This document shows positions 40,940-52,964 of a DNA stretch of 64,000 nucleotides, one piece after another. This DNA comes from an uncultured Gemmatimonadales bacterium (GTDB lineage Bacteria; Gemmatimonadota; Gemmatimonadetes; Gemmatimonadales; GWC2-71-9), in contig CAVUAK010000001.1 of assembly GCA_963739455.1 (NCBI GenBank), positions 736,001 to 800,000 of the forward strand, written 5' to 3'. The notes beneath the pieces are model-generated. The model saw only the letters and a program-made list of their open reading frames with translations, made no database searches and was not told where the DNA came from. Position 1 is the first letter of the stretch. Each line of letters begins with the position of its first letter. Position numbers and translations under genes: made by a program.

Positions 40940-41927
40940 TAGTGTCGGAGCCTCGTCCATAGCGGGCGATGAACTCGCGCACCAGCAACGTCAGCGGCAC
41001 CGCCAGGATCGTCCCCACCGGCCCGAACACCCATCCCCAGAACAACAGCGAGAAGAACATCTCCACGAAGTTCATCTCGAACCCGTGCTTGATGAGCCGC
41101 GGGCGGATGATGTTGTCATTGATGAAGCTGATGAGCACGTAGCCCACCACCACCATCAGGGCGCGATCCCAGCCGAACTGCAGCAGCGCGATGATAGCGG
41201 GCGGCACCATCGCCAGCACGAAACCCACCACCGGAATGAACGACACGAAGAAGGCGAGCACCCCCCACGTGATCGCAAAGTCGACCCGCAGCACCTCGAG
41301 CAGGACCAGGTTGGCCACGGCGCCGATGAAGGCCATCAGTGCCGTGAGGCGCATGTAAGCCCGGATCTCGCCACCGAACGCCTGGGTCTGCTGCATCCAG
41401 CGCAGGCCGGGCAATCCCGGCGTCCGGCTGTCGCGCACGGCGAGATCGATGAGCATGAAGGCGACAAGAAGCAGGACAAAAATCCCCCGTCCCAGGGTCA
41501 GGATGACGCGGCTCGCCACGGAGGTGGCGGTACCGACAAGCCGGTCGGGATTCAGGAAGCCCAGGGTACTCAGGTGGCTCGTGTCGACGTGCAGGCGGGT
41601 GAGCAGCGCCGTGGTGCTGGCGCCGAGCGAGGCGAGCTGCTGCTGGTAGTGCGGAAGCGTCTGGACGAGTTGGGTGAGCGAGTTGATCAGCAACCCGATG
41701 AGCACGGCCCCGCACACGACGGTGAGTGCCAGGGTGAGGATCGATGCCGCGGCGCCGGAGAGGCCGCGGCGCATGAACCACTGCATCACCGGCGCCAGGC
41801 TCTCGGCCACCACGATGGCCACCATGAACACCGTCAGCACCGGGGCCAGCGACTGCAGGGCGAATACGATGATCGCCGCAGCCGCTGCGCCAAGGAGGAG
41901 GCGCAGCAGGGGTGTCGCCGGGATCAC
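40917..41927 (-). CDS. AI-2E family transporter
   Basis: SFIPVVG, DNIIRPRL, FWGWVFGPVGTILAVPLT. Confidence 0.9.
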   Translation of the reverse strand: MIPATPLLRLLLGAAAAAIIVFALQSLAPVLTVFMVAIVVAESLAPVMQWFMRRGLSGAAASILTLALTVVCGAVLIGLLINSLTQLVQTLPHYQQQLASLGASTTALLTRLHVDTSHLSTLGFLNPDRLVGTATSVASRVILTLGRGIFVLLLVAFMLIDLAVRDSRTPGLPGLRWMQQTQAFGGEIRAYMRLTALMAFIGAVANLVLLEVLRVDFAITWGVLAFFVSFIPVVGFVLAMVPPAIIALLQFGWDRALMVVVGYVLISFINDNIIRPRLIKHGFEMNFVEMFFSLLFWGWVFGPVGTILAVPLTLLVREFIARYGRGSDTTSAPTPG

Positions 41928-41934
41928 GGGCGCG

Positions 41935-43005
<1,071 letters not shown>

Positions 43006-43204
43006 AAGTCCCTTCTCCATATTGCTTTATGCTGATCAGACATCAGGGTTGACCGAGCGGATGCTGCGGGCCCGGGGCAGTATCCTATGGCGCGAACGGT
43101 CCGGGCGCCACCGCGGCATAACCACAAGGTTGCTCTGGACAGCCGGACAGGGCCTCACCATGTTTCTCAGCCCTTATCGCCTACCCTGTATCCGAGGATG
43201 TCTT

Positions 43205-43882
43205 ATGCGTCGTTTGTTTGTCCGTACCGTTGCGGCGGCTTCCCTGCTGGCGGCAGCCAGCGCGGCCCCGGCCGCCGCCCAGATCCCGACCTCAGCGTTC
43301 GAGATCACTCCGCTGATCGGCTACGTCTGGGGTGGCGCCTTCCCGACCGCAGGCATCTCGAACGTTCCCAACGGCCGCCTGGTACAGGAGAGCGGGCTCG
43401 GCTGGGGCGTTGAGGCAGGCTTCACGCCGAACGGCAGCAGCTGGTTCGAGCTGACGTACCTGCGCCAGGATAGCGATATCAACTTCGTTGCGACCGGTGG
43501 TGGCTGTCCCGCATTGAACCCGGCCAACTGCTCGTCCACCCTGGCCGTGAACTACATCCATGCCGGCGGCCGCTGGGAGTTTGGCCAGAAGGCCAAGATC
43601 CATCCCTTCCTCGGCGCGGGCCTCGGCGTCACCATCTTCGATCTCGGCGCCCCGGGCGTTGGTTCGAGCACCGACTTCTCGATCTCCGGCCAGGCCGGCG
43701 TCCGCTACATGTTCGGCAAGGCGCAGCGGGTCGGCCTGCGCGGCACGTTCCGCGGCTGGTGGAGCTTCGTGCCGAACGGCCAGGTGGCGGCATGGTGCGG
43801 CTGGTACGGCTGCTTCGCGCAGCAGGCCTCGTCCACCGTGGCGCAGGGTGAAATCTCCGCCGGACTGGTCATCCAGTTCTAG
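43205..43882 (+). CDS. Outer membrane beta-barrel protein
   Basis: Signal peptide, alternating strands, HPFLGAGLG, terminal Phe. Confidence 0.85.
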   Translation: MRRLFVRTVAAASLLAAASAAPAAAQIPTSAFEITPLIGYVWGGAFPTAGISNVPNGRLVQESGLGWGVEAGFTPNGSSWFELTYLRQDSDINFVATGGGCPALNPANCSSTLAVNYIHAGGRWEFGQKAKIHPFLGAGLGVTIFDLGAPGVGSSTDFSISGQAGVRYMFGKAQRVGLRGTFRGWWSFVPNGQVAAWCGWYGCFAQQASSTVAQGEISAGLVIQF

Positions 43883-43902
43883 TCCGCCGCGGGTCGAGTT
43901 AC

Positions 43903-43932
43903 AGAAACCCCGGGCGGCGCCCGGGGTTTTCT
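43903..43932 (+). terminator. Intrinsic terminator
   Basis: AAACCCCGGGC..GCCCGGGGTTTT. Confidence 0.8.
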
Positions 43933-43989
43933 CGTTGGGGGGCAGAGGCCCAGGCCCATTGTGTTCATGACGACATTGCGAGGCACACC

Positions 43990-44241
43990 ATGACTCCAGA
44001 CGAACCACTTCCCGATTTCTCCGACGTCGAGGGCGGCAGCTCGTCCGCCGCTGCGGAGCCGGAAGCGCAGGTCGCACCGCGCACCTACGAAGTGAAGAAG
44101 GGCGACAGCCTGTCGAAGATCGCGAAGCACGTGTACGGCGACGCCGGCAAGTGGAAGGCGATCTTCGCGGCGAACGGCGACCAGCTCAAGGACCCTGACA
44201 AGATCTATCCCGGTCAGGTTCTCACCATTCCAGACGCCTGA
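43990..44241 (+). CDS. LysM peptidoglycan-binding domain protein
   Basis: YEVKKGDSLSKIAK..IFAAN..DPDKIYPGQVLTIP. Confidence 0.95.
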   Translation: MTPDEPLPDFSDVEGGSSSAAAEPEAQVAPRTYEVKKGDSLSKIAKHVYGDAGKWKAIFAANGDQLKDPDKIYPGQVLTIPDA

Positions 44242-44256
44242 CGGCGAGGAGCGATC

Positions 44257-44712
44257 ATGAAGCCGATCCGTACCCTGTTCGCCGTGACCCTGCTGGCAGC
44301 ACCGCTGCTGGGCACCGCGTGCAAGAAGGAAGCGCCGCCCCCGCCGCCGGCTGAGACGATGGCGCCGGAGCCGACGCCGGCACCGCGGCCGGCGGTGACC
44401 CAGATCGAGCTGGGCAGCTCCGTGGGCGCCGACAAGCGCGTCCTCGCGGCGCGGTCGAGCTTCGGCGTGAAGGACAGCATCATCGCATCGGTTTATACCG
44501 AGAACACTGCACCGGGCGCCGTGCTCACTGCGAAGTGGACGTTCCAGACGGGGCAGACGGTTGATTCCACCAGCCAGACCGTCGCAGCAGCCCCGGCCGT
44601 CACCGAGTTCCACATCGTGAAGAAGAGCGCCTGGCCCGTCGGCCGGTACACCATCGACATCTGGCTCGATGGCACGCCTGCCGGATCGCAGCAGTTCGAT
44701 GTCGTGAAGTAG
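44257..44712 (+). CDS. Hypothetical lipoprotein
   Basis: AGGAG SD; LGTACKKE; WPVGRYTIDI. Confidence 0.8.
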   Translation: MKPIRTLFAVTLLAAPLLGTACKKEAPPPPPAETMAPEPTPAPRPAVTQIELGSSVGADKRVLAARSSFGVKDSIIASVYTENTAPGAVLTAKWTFQTGQTVDSTSQTVAAAPAVTEFHIVKKSAWPVGRYTIDIWLDGTPAGSQQFDVVK

Positions 44713-44717
44713 GCTTG

Positions 44718-46775
44718 CTAGGCGTGCTGAAGCTCGGCACGCTCCCTTGACTCCGACGCCACCTTCGTCGTCACCTCCGGTGGTGCCTCGGCGAATCCGT
44801 GGAACTTCTCCTTGTGGGTTCCGCGGCCATGAGTGATGGAATGCAGCGCGGTGGAGTAGCGATAGAGCTCTGCCGCGGGCACGATCGAGCGTACGCGAGT
44901 CAGCCGGCCGTCGCGGTCGGTGCCAAGTATGTGCCCCCGGCGTGCGCTCAAGTCTCCCATCACGTCCCCCAGGGTTTCCTCCGGCGCCCAGGTCTCCACC
45001 TCAATGAGCGGCTCGAGCAGCACGGGGCGGCACTGCGGCGCCACGTTCCTGAACGCCTGGATTCCCGCCATCTTGAACGACATCTCGTTCGAGTCCACGT
45101 CGTGATAGCTGCCGTCGAAGCACTCCACCTCGAAATCGACGACGGGATGGCCCGCGAGCACCCCGCGCAGCGCTGACTCCTGGACACCGCGGTCAACCGC
45201 CGGGATGTACTTGTTCGGGATGACCCCGCCCACCACTTCATCCTTGAAGCGATAACCCTCGCCCCGCGCCAGCGGGCGGATGCGGATCCAGCAGTCGCCA
45301 TACTGCCCGCGCCCGCCGGTCTGCTTCTTGTGCTTCCCCTGCCCTTCTCCACGCGCGCGGAAGGTCTCCCGGTATGCGATCCGGGGACGCGTCAGTTCAG
45401 CAGCCACCCCATAGCGTCGCGCGATGCGGCCGAGAAGCGTCTCGAAGTGCCGCTCGCCCATGCCGTGAATGAGCGTCTGTCCCAGTTCGGAGTTGTACTC
45501 GAAATGGAATGACGGGTCCTCCTCGTGCAGGCGATGCAGTGCGGACGCGAGCTTGTCCTCATCGCCGCGCTTGGTGACCAGGGCCGCCGTGGCCACCGCC
45601 TCGGGAAACTCGATCGGTGGGAGCCGCACCGGTGCATCACGACGGCAGAAGGTGTCACCGGTGTGCGTGTCCTTGAGCTTGGCCACGCAGCCGATATCGC
45701 CGGGCATGAGGCGCTCCACCTCCACGCGTTCCTTCCCCTGCGGCACCGAGAGATGGTTGATCTTCTCGGCGATGCCGTGCTCCGCGTTCCATACCTCGTC
45801 GCCGCTCCGCATCTCGCCGCGATAAAGCCGGAAATAGGTGACGTCACCCACGTGCGGCTCGGAGACCGTCTTGAAGACGCGCCCGAGCAGCGGTGAGTTC
45901 TCGTACTCGCCATTGTTGGGCGGAAGCGGTGCCTCGGCGGCGGACGGCAACAGCTCGACCATTTCCTTGAGCAGCGTGCGAGTGCCGTAGGTGAGGTCGG
46001 AACTGCAGCAGAAGAGGGGCACCACCGCGCCGGTGACCACGGCGTGCTTCATTGCCGCCGTAAACTCCGCGCGGGGGATCTCCTCCCCACCGAGATAGCG
46101 CTCGATGAGGCCGTCGTCGGTGGCGGCCACCGCCTCGAGGAGCTGGTCGGAGTACTGCTTCACCTGCGCCTCGAGCTCCCTCGGCACCGGGACCACCTGG
46201 TACTCCCCGCGCGTGCCCTTGTACTCGTGGCAGTGCCCGGAGAAGAGGTTGACGATGCCGTGGAAGCCGCGCCCGTCGCCCACCGGGACCTCCACCGGCA
46301 CGACGCGCGAGGTGAGGTGCGTGCGCACGTCTTCGTAGACCCGTGCGAAGTCGGCGTTGTCCTTGTCCATCGCCGCCACGACCAGCATCCGTGGCAAGTG
46401 ATAGTGATCGCAGAGCTCCCAGATCTTCTCGGTGCCGACCTCGACGCCTGCGGTGGAACTCAGCACCACGAGCGCGGCGTCCGCGACGCTGAGCGCCGCG
46501 ACGGCTTCACCGAGGTACTCGAGATATCCGGGAGTGTCGAGCAGGTTGATCTTGGTATCGAGCCACTCGGCGTACGCCGGGCCCAGGGTGATGGAGTGCT
46601 GCCGTTCGATTTCGTCGGGGGAGGTATCAGTGAGGGTACTGCCATCCTTGACGCGGCCGTGGCGACGGCTCGAACCGGACACATACGCGAGCGCGTCGAC
46701 CAAGCTGGTCTTGCCGGCGCCCCCGTGGCCAGTGACTGCCACGTTTCGCAGGGCGTTGGGGCCATAGACTTTCAT
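44718..46775 (-). CDS. Elongation factor G-like protein (EF-G2 type)
   Basis: GHGGAGKT, DTPGY, GMGERH, IAYRET, KQTGGRGQYG, GSYHDVDS, LLEP. Confidence 0.9.
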   Translation of the reverse strand: MKVYGPNALRNVAVTGHGGAGKTSLVDALAYVSGSSRRHGRVKDGSTLTDTSPDEIERQHSITLGPAYAEWLDTKINLLDTPGYLEYLGEAVAALSVADAALVVLSSTAGVEVGTEKIWELCDHYHLPRMLVVAAMDKDNADFARVYEDVRTHLTSRVVPVEVPVGDGRGFHGIVNLFSGHCHEYKGTRGEYQVVPVPRELEAQVKQYSDQLLEAVAATDDGLIERYLGGEEIPRAEFTAAMKHAVVTGAVVPLFCCSSDLTYGTRTLLKEMVELLPSAAEAPLPPNNGEYENSPLLGRVFKTVSEPHVGDVTYFRLYRGEMRSGDEVWNAEHGIAEKINHLSVPQGKERVEVERLMPGDIGCVAKLKDTHTGDTFCRRDAPVRLPPIEFPEAVATAALVTKRGDEDKLASALHRLHEEDPSFHFEYNSELGQTLIHGMGERHFETLLGRIARRYGVAAELTRPRIAYRETFRARGEGQGKHKKQTGGRGQYGDCWIRIRPLARGEGYRFKDEVVGGVIPNKYIPAVDRGVQESALRGVLAGHPVVDFEVECFDGSYHDVDSNEMSFKMAGIQAFRNVAPQCRPVLLEPLIEVETWAPEETLGDVMGDLSARRGHILGTDRDGRLTRVRSIVPAAELYRYSTALHSITHGRGTHKEKFHGFAEAPPEVTTKVASESRERAELQHA

Positions 46776-46832
46776 GGCCTGCACCTCCTTCGGCTGGAGT
46801 CATGTCCATCATGCAGGCCGAAGGAGCCGCTG

Positions 46833-47984
46833 TCAAATCCCGCCGCGTGCCTTGAGGATGGCGAGCACCTCCGCGACGGGGAGCGCCGCGACGGTGTGGC
46901 CGTTCGCCGTCTGGGTGGTCGCCATGAAGAGACTGTTGTAGATCGCCTCCTCCGTGGCCTCCGCGACGCCGTCGAAGAGGCCCGACATGTAGTCGTTGCC
47001 GACGTCGGCCTGCGATATGCGTGCGGCACCTCGCGGTCGTCGCACCGCAGGGCTGTTCGAGAATGCGATGATGTAGTCACCCGAGCCGTTGTCCACGCTC
47101 GAGCCGGTGCGACCGATGCCGAGCATCGCGCGGGACGCAAGACGCTTGAGGTTTCGGTCGCTCAATGGGGCATCGGTGGCGACGACCACCATGATCGAGC
47201 CGAGTGGGCCCTTGGCCGGGGCCAGGCTCGAGACTCCAGACTTCCCCAGGATGCGACCGACTGGCACTCCCACGATCGTCAGCTCGGAAGCACCGCCGAA
47301 GTTGGACTGCACCAGCACGCCCACGGTCCAGGTGCTGTCTCCCACCTTCACGACGCGGGATGAGGTGCCGATCCCGCCCTTCCACTCGAACGCAATGGTC
47401 CCGGTGCCGGCACCGACGCTGCCTTCGGCAACCGGACCGGTTGCGGCGGTGGTGAGGGCATGGCGCACATCGGCCTCGGAGACGAGACGCGAGCGGATGG
47501 CGTTGAGGACGTAGCCGTCGTTTGTCTCCCCCACCACGGGGTTGATCGATCGCACCTTGTCCATGCCGGGTTGCTCGAGCATCCAGGTCACCATCGCGTC
47601 GGCGGCGCGCCACACGCAGAGGGTGCAGGTGAGGAGGATCGGCGTCTCCAGTTCACCAAGCTCGGCGACCTGCGTGACCCCGAGCAGCTTTCCGAAGCCG
47701 TTGCCAACGTAGATGGCTGCGGGCACCCGCTCCAGAAAGAGGTTCTGCGAGGTCGGCAGGATCGCGGTGACACCGGTGCGCACCGAGTCGCCGATGACGA
47801 CCGTGGTCTGCCCCACCAGCACTCCGGGGACATCGGTGATGGCGTTGAGCGGACCCACCGGCAGGACGCCGGCGACGACGCCGAGACTGCGGGCTCGGCC
47901 CTGGGCATGGGCCGGCCCGGCGCTCGCCGCCGCGATGGTGAAGATTGCGACCAGTGCACGCGAGTATCGCGATGACATCCTCAT
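46833..47984 (-). CDS. DmpA / P1 (S58) family aminopeptidase, secreted
   Basis: NAITDVPGVLVG, NGFGKL, GETND, GAGTG, KGGIGTSSR, GSI, NGSGD. Confidence 0.9.
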   Translation of the reverse strand: MRMSSRYSRALVAIFTIAAASAGPAHAQGRARSLGVVAGVLPVGPLNAITDVPGVLVGQTTVVIGDSVRTGVTAILPTSQNLFLERVPAAIYVGNGFGKLLGVTQVAELGELETPILLTCTLCVWRAADAMVTWMLEQPGMDKVRSINPVVGETNDGYVLNAIRSRLVSEADVRHALTTAATGPVAEGSVGAGTGTIAFEWKGGIGTSSRVVKVGDSTWTVGVLVQSNFGGASELTIVGVPVGRILGKSGVSSLAPAKGPLGSIMVVVATDAPLSDRNLKRLASRAMLGIGRTGSSVDNGSGDYIIAFSNSPAVRRPRGAARISQADVGNDYMSGLFDGVAEATEEAIYNSLFMATTQTANGHTVAALPVAEVLAILKARGGI

Positions 47985-49144
47985 CTCCTCACGATCTCCG
48001 CAACGAATGGAAGGTGGTCCGATCCATAGTCATCACCCACATGCGCGCCGACAGCCTTCAGCTCGTCATCCAGCAATACGTGATCAATGCGCACCTCGAT
48101 CCAGCCGTTGAGCTTGGTGAATCCCCAGCCGTTGCCGGAGGCGTTGAATGCATCGGTAAGGCCACCCCAGTACTGCTGCCAGATGATGCTCTCGACCGGG
48201 AGGTTGAAGTCACCCAGCACGATCCGCGGTGGCGTCGTCGAGTCGATCCACCGGCGGACGGCGCGTGATTCGGTATCGCGCAGGATGTTGTTCGCGTCGA
48301 TGAGCCGCGGCGCATTGGAGGGATCGGAGAGAAGGTGCTGCACGCCGTGTCGAGGCGTCTCGAGGTGCAGGACAAACACCGTGACCGTGCCGATCGGTGC
48401 CATGACCTCGTAGCGTGCCGCCGCGGCCGACCCGCCCGCTGCCTGGAAGTCCCGTGCTGCCATGCGGCGTGGCGGTGCCCGCAGCGGATACCGGCTCAGG
48501 AAGCAGGTGCCACCTGCGGTATCGACTGCGGCCCAGCCTTCCAGGCTGCCGAGGGCGTCGCGCATGGCCGGACCGCATTCCTGGAACCCGGCGATATCGG
48601 GACGCGTCGCTTCGAGCAGCTCCTTGAGCCGCAGCGACACGACACTCCCGTTCTCGACATTGAAGGTCAGGATGCGAATCGGTGCCTTGGGATGCCAGAG
48701 CGGTGCCGTGCTCAGCCGTCCACCCATGACGGGACCGACCACAATAAGCGCTGCGAGCCCGATGGGGATCAGTGCCTGGCGTCGCCACAAGAGCGCGAGA
48801 GCAGCCAGCAGAGCGACGGGCAGCAACCATGGCCAGCGCCCCGAGTAGATGAGCGCGGTACCCCACCAGGTGCGATCGCCGAAGAAGCGATAGGCCCAGG
48901 CCAGGAAGAGCATGAACATCACGAGCAGCCAACCGACGCCATCGAGCGGCGTCAGGACCACCTTCCGGATCCGGAGGCGCGAGTGCGGTGCGGCACCGCG
49001 GACCCACTGCGCAAGGCGCGCGGTCCGCAGTCGGTCGACCGGGGACTTGCAGACCGGACAGCGTGCCGGCGCCCAGTAGCGACCGGGATCGACGGCAACG
49101 CGATGGCGTCGGGAGCATTGAAAGACGTAGCGGGGTTCAGCCAT
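47981..49144 (-). CDS. Membrane-anchored endonuclease/exonuclease/phosphatase family protein
   Basis: TFNV, FQEC, LGDFN, RIDHV, GSDH; 3 TM; N-terminal C..H..CPVC. Confidence 0.9.
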   Translation of the reverse strand: MAEPRYVFQCSRRHRVAVDPGRYWAPARCPVCKSPVDRLRTARLAQWVRGAAPHSRLRIRKVVLTPLDGVGWLLVMFMLFLAWAYRFFGDRTWWGTALIYSGRWPWLLPVALLAALALLWRRQALIPIGLAALIVVGPVMGGRLSTAPLWHPKAPIRILTFNVENGSVVSLRLKELLEATRPDIAGFQECGPAMRDALGSLEGWAAVDTAGGTCFLSRYPLRAPPRRMAARDFQAAGGSAAAARYEVMAPIGTVTVFVLHLETPRHGVQHLLSDPSNAPRLIDANNILRDTESRAVRRWIDSTTPPRIVLGDFNLPVESIIWQQYWGGLTDAFNASGNGWGFTKLNGWIEVRIDHVLLDDELKAVGAHVGDDYGSDHLPFVAEIVRR

Positions 49145-49193
49145 AGGCGGCGAAAGGTAGGGCCGTGCCCGTCAAAGCCGGTATACTCCTTAC

Positions 49194-49904
49194 ATGACTT
49201 CACATCGTGTCGCCCTCGTCACCGGTGCCACCGAGGGTATCGGTCGCGCCGTCGCCTTCGCGCTCGGCCGGGCCGGCTGGTCGGTGGGCGTGTGTGCCCG
49301 GACCGCCGACCGGCTCGAACGGCTATTGCTCGAACTGCGCGGCGCCGGCATCCATGCCGATGGCCTTCCCACCGACGTGGGCAACGAGACCCAGGTGAAG
49401 GCACTCACCGCGCACGTCAGCAAGGTGCTCGGCCCGATCGATACGCTGGTGAACAATGCCGGTGTGCTCATCGCGAAGACCATCAGCGAGCTCAGCATTG
49501 AAGACTGGGACGCCACGATGCGCACGAATGTGCGGAGCCTGTTCCTGGTGACACGCGAAGTGCTGCCCGGCATGCGCACCGCCGGACGGGGCGACATCGT
49601 GAATGTGGCGAGCCTGGCAGGCAAGAACGGTTTCATTGGTGGCACCGCATACGTGGCATCCAAGCACGCGGTTCTCGGCTTCAGCAAGGCGCTGATGCTG
49701 GAGGAGCGCAAGAACAACATCCGCGTCATCGCGGTATGTCCGGGATCGGTGGCGACCGCCATGCTCGAGAACCAGCCGCTGCTGCCCTCCAGGCCGGAGA
49801 AGATCCTCCGCGCCGAGGATGTTGCGGAGACGATCCTCACCACGCTGCGCCTGCCTGGCCGCGCGCTGGTGAGCGAGCTCGACATCCGCCCCACCAATCC
49901 GTGA
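49194..49904 (+). CDS. SDR-family oxidoreductase
   Basis: TGATEGIG, VNNAG, YVASK, PGSVAT. Confidence 0.95.
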   Translation: MTSHRVALVTGATEGIGRAVAFALGRAGWSVGVCARTADRLERLLLELRGAGIHADGLPTDVGNETQVKALTAHVSKVLGPIDTLVNNAGVLIAKTISELSIEDWDATMRTNVRSLFLVTREVLPGMRTAGRGDIVNVASLAGKNGFIGGTAYVASKHAVLGFSKALMLEERKNNIRVIAVCPGSVATAMLENQPLLPSRPEKILRAEDVAETILTTLRLPGRALVSELDIRPTNP

Positions 49905-50120
49905 GCCGCATCCCGGACCGGTGGGCGGTGACCCGCTGTGTCTGCCAGCGCATGACCTTCGACAGCCTGCTTCGCCTTGCACGGGAGTACGGCTGGACCA
50001 TTGAGGAGCTGGTGGCGAACACCGGCTGCGGCGACCAGTGCGGCATGTGTCATCCGTACCTCGAGAAGATGCTGGAGACCGGCGAAACCAGGTTTCGCAC
50101 CGTTCCCGTAACGCCCTGGC
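49901..50120 (+). CDS. BFD-like (2Fe-2S)-binding protein (end approximate)
   Basis: RCVC..TGCGDQCGMCHPY; GTGA overlap with SDR; no stop seen before the next gene in this frame. Confidence 0.75.
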
Positions 50121-50167
50121 TGACCTTTCCCTGGCTGCGATTACCTTGGGACCATGCACGTCGTTCG

Positions 50168-50498
50168 GTGACCTTCCTCCGTACCCTCCTGCTGAGCCTG
50201 TTCGTGCTCGGCGGCCCGGGGCTGCCCCTCATCGATGCGGTGGTGTGGCATGGATCGGGATCGCAGCAGGTGGCAGGGTCGCGACTGGACGAGCAAGGTG
50301 CGGCCCGTCCCCACTGCCGATACCTGTTCGCTCGCGGCGCCGATTCCGGTCCCCGGACCAGTGCCGTGCAGTGCTTCCCCGGTACCGGCGGTGCGCGGCA
50401 CCGAGCGCGCTGTTGCTGAGCCTTCGCAGGTCGTTCGCGTCACCATCACCCCTGATCGCAGCACACGTCCTCGAGCCCCGCCCGCATTCTCCGCCTGA
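50168..50498 (+). CDS. DUF2946-like leader protein with C-terminal RAPP motif (frameshift near 50315)
   Basis: Hydrophobic N-terminus, WH..H(A)DTC, ..RPRAPPAFSA*; directly upstream of a TonB receptor. Confidence 0.65.
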
Positions 50499-50622
50499 CC
50501 TGAGTCACATCCGACACATATCGCAGCGCTGAGCGACCCGTGCTTCACGGGCCGTCGGCATTGCCAGGCCGCTCCTCGACCGACCCTGAACCGGTGGTCT
50601 GGGGCACAGGTGGAGATCACAC

Positions 50623-52907
50623 ATGTACACATTGCTCCTCGCCGTGGCGGTGGCATCTGCCTCGGCCAGCAGTTCGACGCCCGTCGACGCTGCACAGCTC
50701 CGCGGAAAGGTGACTGACTTTCACGGCAATCCCCTGGCGAACGTGCGCGTGACGGTCGTGGAGTTTTCGCGACTGGTCCTGACCGACCAGGAGGGGAACT
50801 ACGCCCTGTCCAGCCTGCCCACCGGCAGCTATACCGTCACCTTCGCACTACTGGGCTTCGGGCCACAGACGCGGAGAATCGTGCTGGGCACGGAGGTCCT
50901 GACGCTCAACGTCACCCTGAACGAATCACTCGTCGAACTGCCGCCGCTGCAGGTCACGGCCAGCCCCAACGGGTCGAGTGCGCTCACGTCGCCCCAGCCG
51001 GTGTCGGTCCTGAGCGGGGCACGCCTTCAGGCCGATCACACCGCCAACCTGGGCGAGACGATCGACAAGATCTCCGGGCGTCTCGGCGTGGACCACCGGT
51101 GCCGGGATCGGCAAGCCGGTGATCCGCGGGCTGTCGTCGAACAACGTGCTGGTCCTCGCGAATGGCCAGCGCACCGACACCCAGCAGTTTGCCGACGAGC
51201 ACAGCCCCAACATCGAGACGTCCGGCGCCGAGCGAATCGAGGTGATCAAGGGACCGGCGAGCGTGCTGTACGGTTCGGACGCGGTGGGTGGCGTGGTGAA
51301 CATCATTCCGCCTGCCATCCCCGATGCGATCGGGGTGAAGGGGAGTGTCGGCGGCAAGGTGCTTGGTGCCTATGGGACGAACAACACCAACCCCGACGGG
51401 AGCCTGCTGCTGAATGGTGCCAGCGGTGGCTTCGGCTTCCGGGCGGCACTGGTCGGCCGGAACGCCGACAACATCGAGACGCCGGTCGGTACGCTGTACA
51501 ACACCGGCTTCTCGACCGTGGATGGAAGCGTCGGAGCGGGATACAAGGGAACATGGGGCACGGTGAAGGCGTCGTACACGCATCGCTATGAGACGCTGCA
51601 ACTGATGGACGAGGACCCTGCCGCCACGCCGTTCCAGCACGTCACCGACAACCGCTTCAACATCGGTGTTGTAGCCCCCACAGGCGGTGCCTCGCGGATC
51701 GAGGCCAACCTCGGCTTTGACAGCAACCGGCGACGCGAGTTCGAGTCGGCGGGCGACACTGAGGCTGACGTCGCCTCAGGACTGCAGAACAGTCTCTGGA
51801 CCAGCGACGTCCACTACCACAACAACCCGATCGGCCCCTTTGCCGGAACGCTCGGCGTGCAGGGCTATCACAATGGCTGGGATCGATTCGGCACCGAGAA
51901 GTTCCTCCCCCCGAACCAGGCCTTCGGCATCGGCGTGTTCGGGTTCGAGCAGGCCGACGTGGGCCGGTTCACGCTCTCGTTCGGGTTGCGGTACGACTTC
52001 CGGCAACTGGATGTGGACGAGGCGGAGGTGGGCCGGGAGGATCGTAATCGCATCGTTCCGGAGCAGACCCGGACGCTACAACTCGGTGACCGGCAACATC
52101 GGCGCGCTCTACCACATCGGGCAGTCGGTTGCGATTGTGGCCAACCTGGGCCGCGCCTTCCGGGCGCCGAATATCTTCGAACTCTTCGGCTATGGTGTTC
52201 ACGAGGGGGTACCGCAGTTCGTCATCGGCAACGACTCGCTGCAGAACCAGACCTCATGGACCACGGACCTGGCGCTGCGGGTACAGAGCGGGCGGGTCCA
52301 GCTGGAGGCAGGCGGATTCTACACCCCGATTCATGACTTCATCTATTCCAACCCGACGTCCGGGCGAGATACGAGCTCAACGGACCCGGAGGCCTCGGGG
52401 CTGCAGGAATTCGTGATTACCCAGGGCGATGCACTGTTCTACGGGTTCGAGGTGGGCGCAGACTACCACCCGACCCACTGGCTGGAGCTTGGCGCCGGCA
52501 GCGATTACACCTACGCGCAGAACCGGGTGCTGGACCAGCCGATCCCGTGGATTGCGCCGTTGCGCGTGCGCTACTCGGCGAAGGTGACCGGTGGCAGCGG
52601 GACCTGGTATCGTGCCCCGTACTTCTCGGTGAGCGGATCGACGGTCATGGCCAAGGTCGCATACCGCGTCGACCCGAACGAGCTCGAGCCCGGAACCCCG
52701 ATTCCCGGCGGCTACACGCTCGTCAGTCTCGGCGCGGGCGCGCAACTGGCGGTCGGTGGCCAGGTGATCTCCGTCGATCTCGACCTGCTCAACGCCTTCA
52801 ACCAGCAGTACGTCTGGTTCCTCAATCGCTACCGCAACTTCGTCGAGGACAGCCGGAATCTCGGCATGGGCCGCAACTTCATGCTGCGGCTGGCGTGGAC
52901 CTTCTGA
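50623..52907 (+). CDS. TonB-dependent receptor (frameshifts near 51075 and 52075)
   Basis: N-terminal carboxypeptidase-regulatory-like domain; KPVIRGL, DEHS, IEVIKGPASVLYGS, FRAPNIFEL, MGRNF..F. Confidence 0.9.
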
Positions 52908-52964
52908 GTGGCGGGCGGGTTGGCCTCCTGTGAAGCTGTGACCCGCTGGGACGTCCTAGGATCC

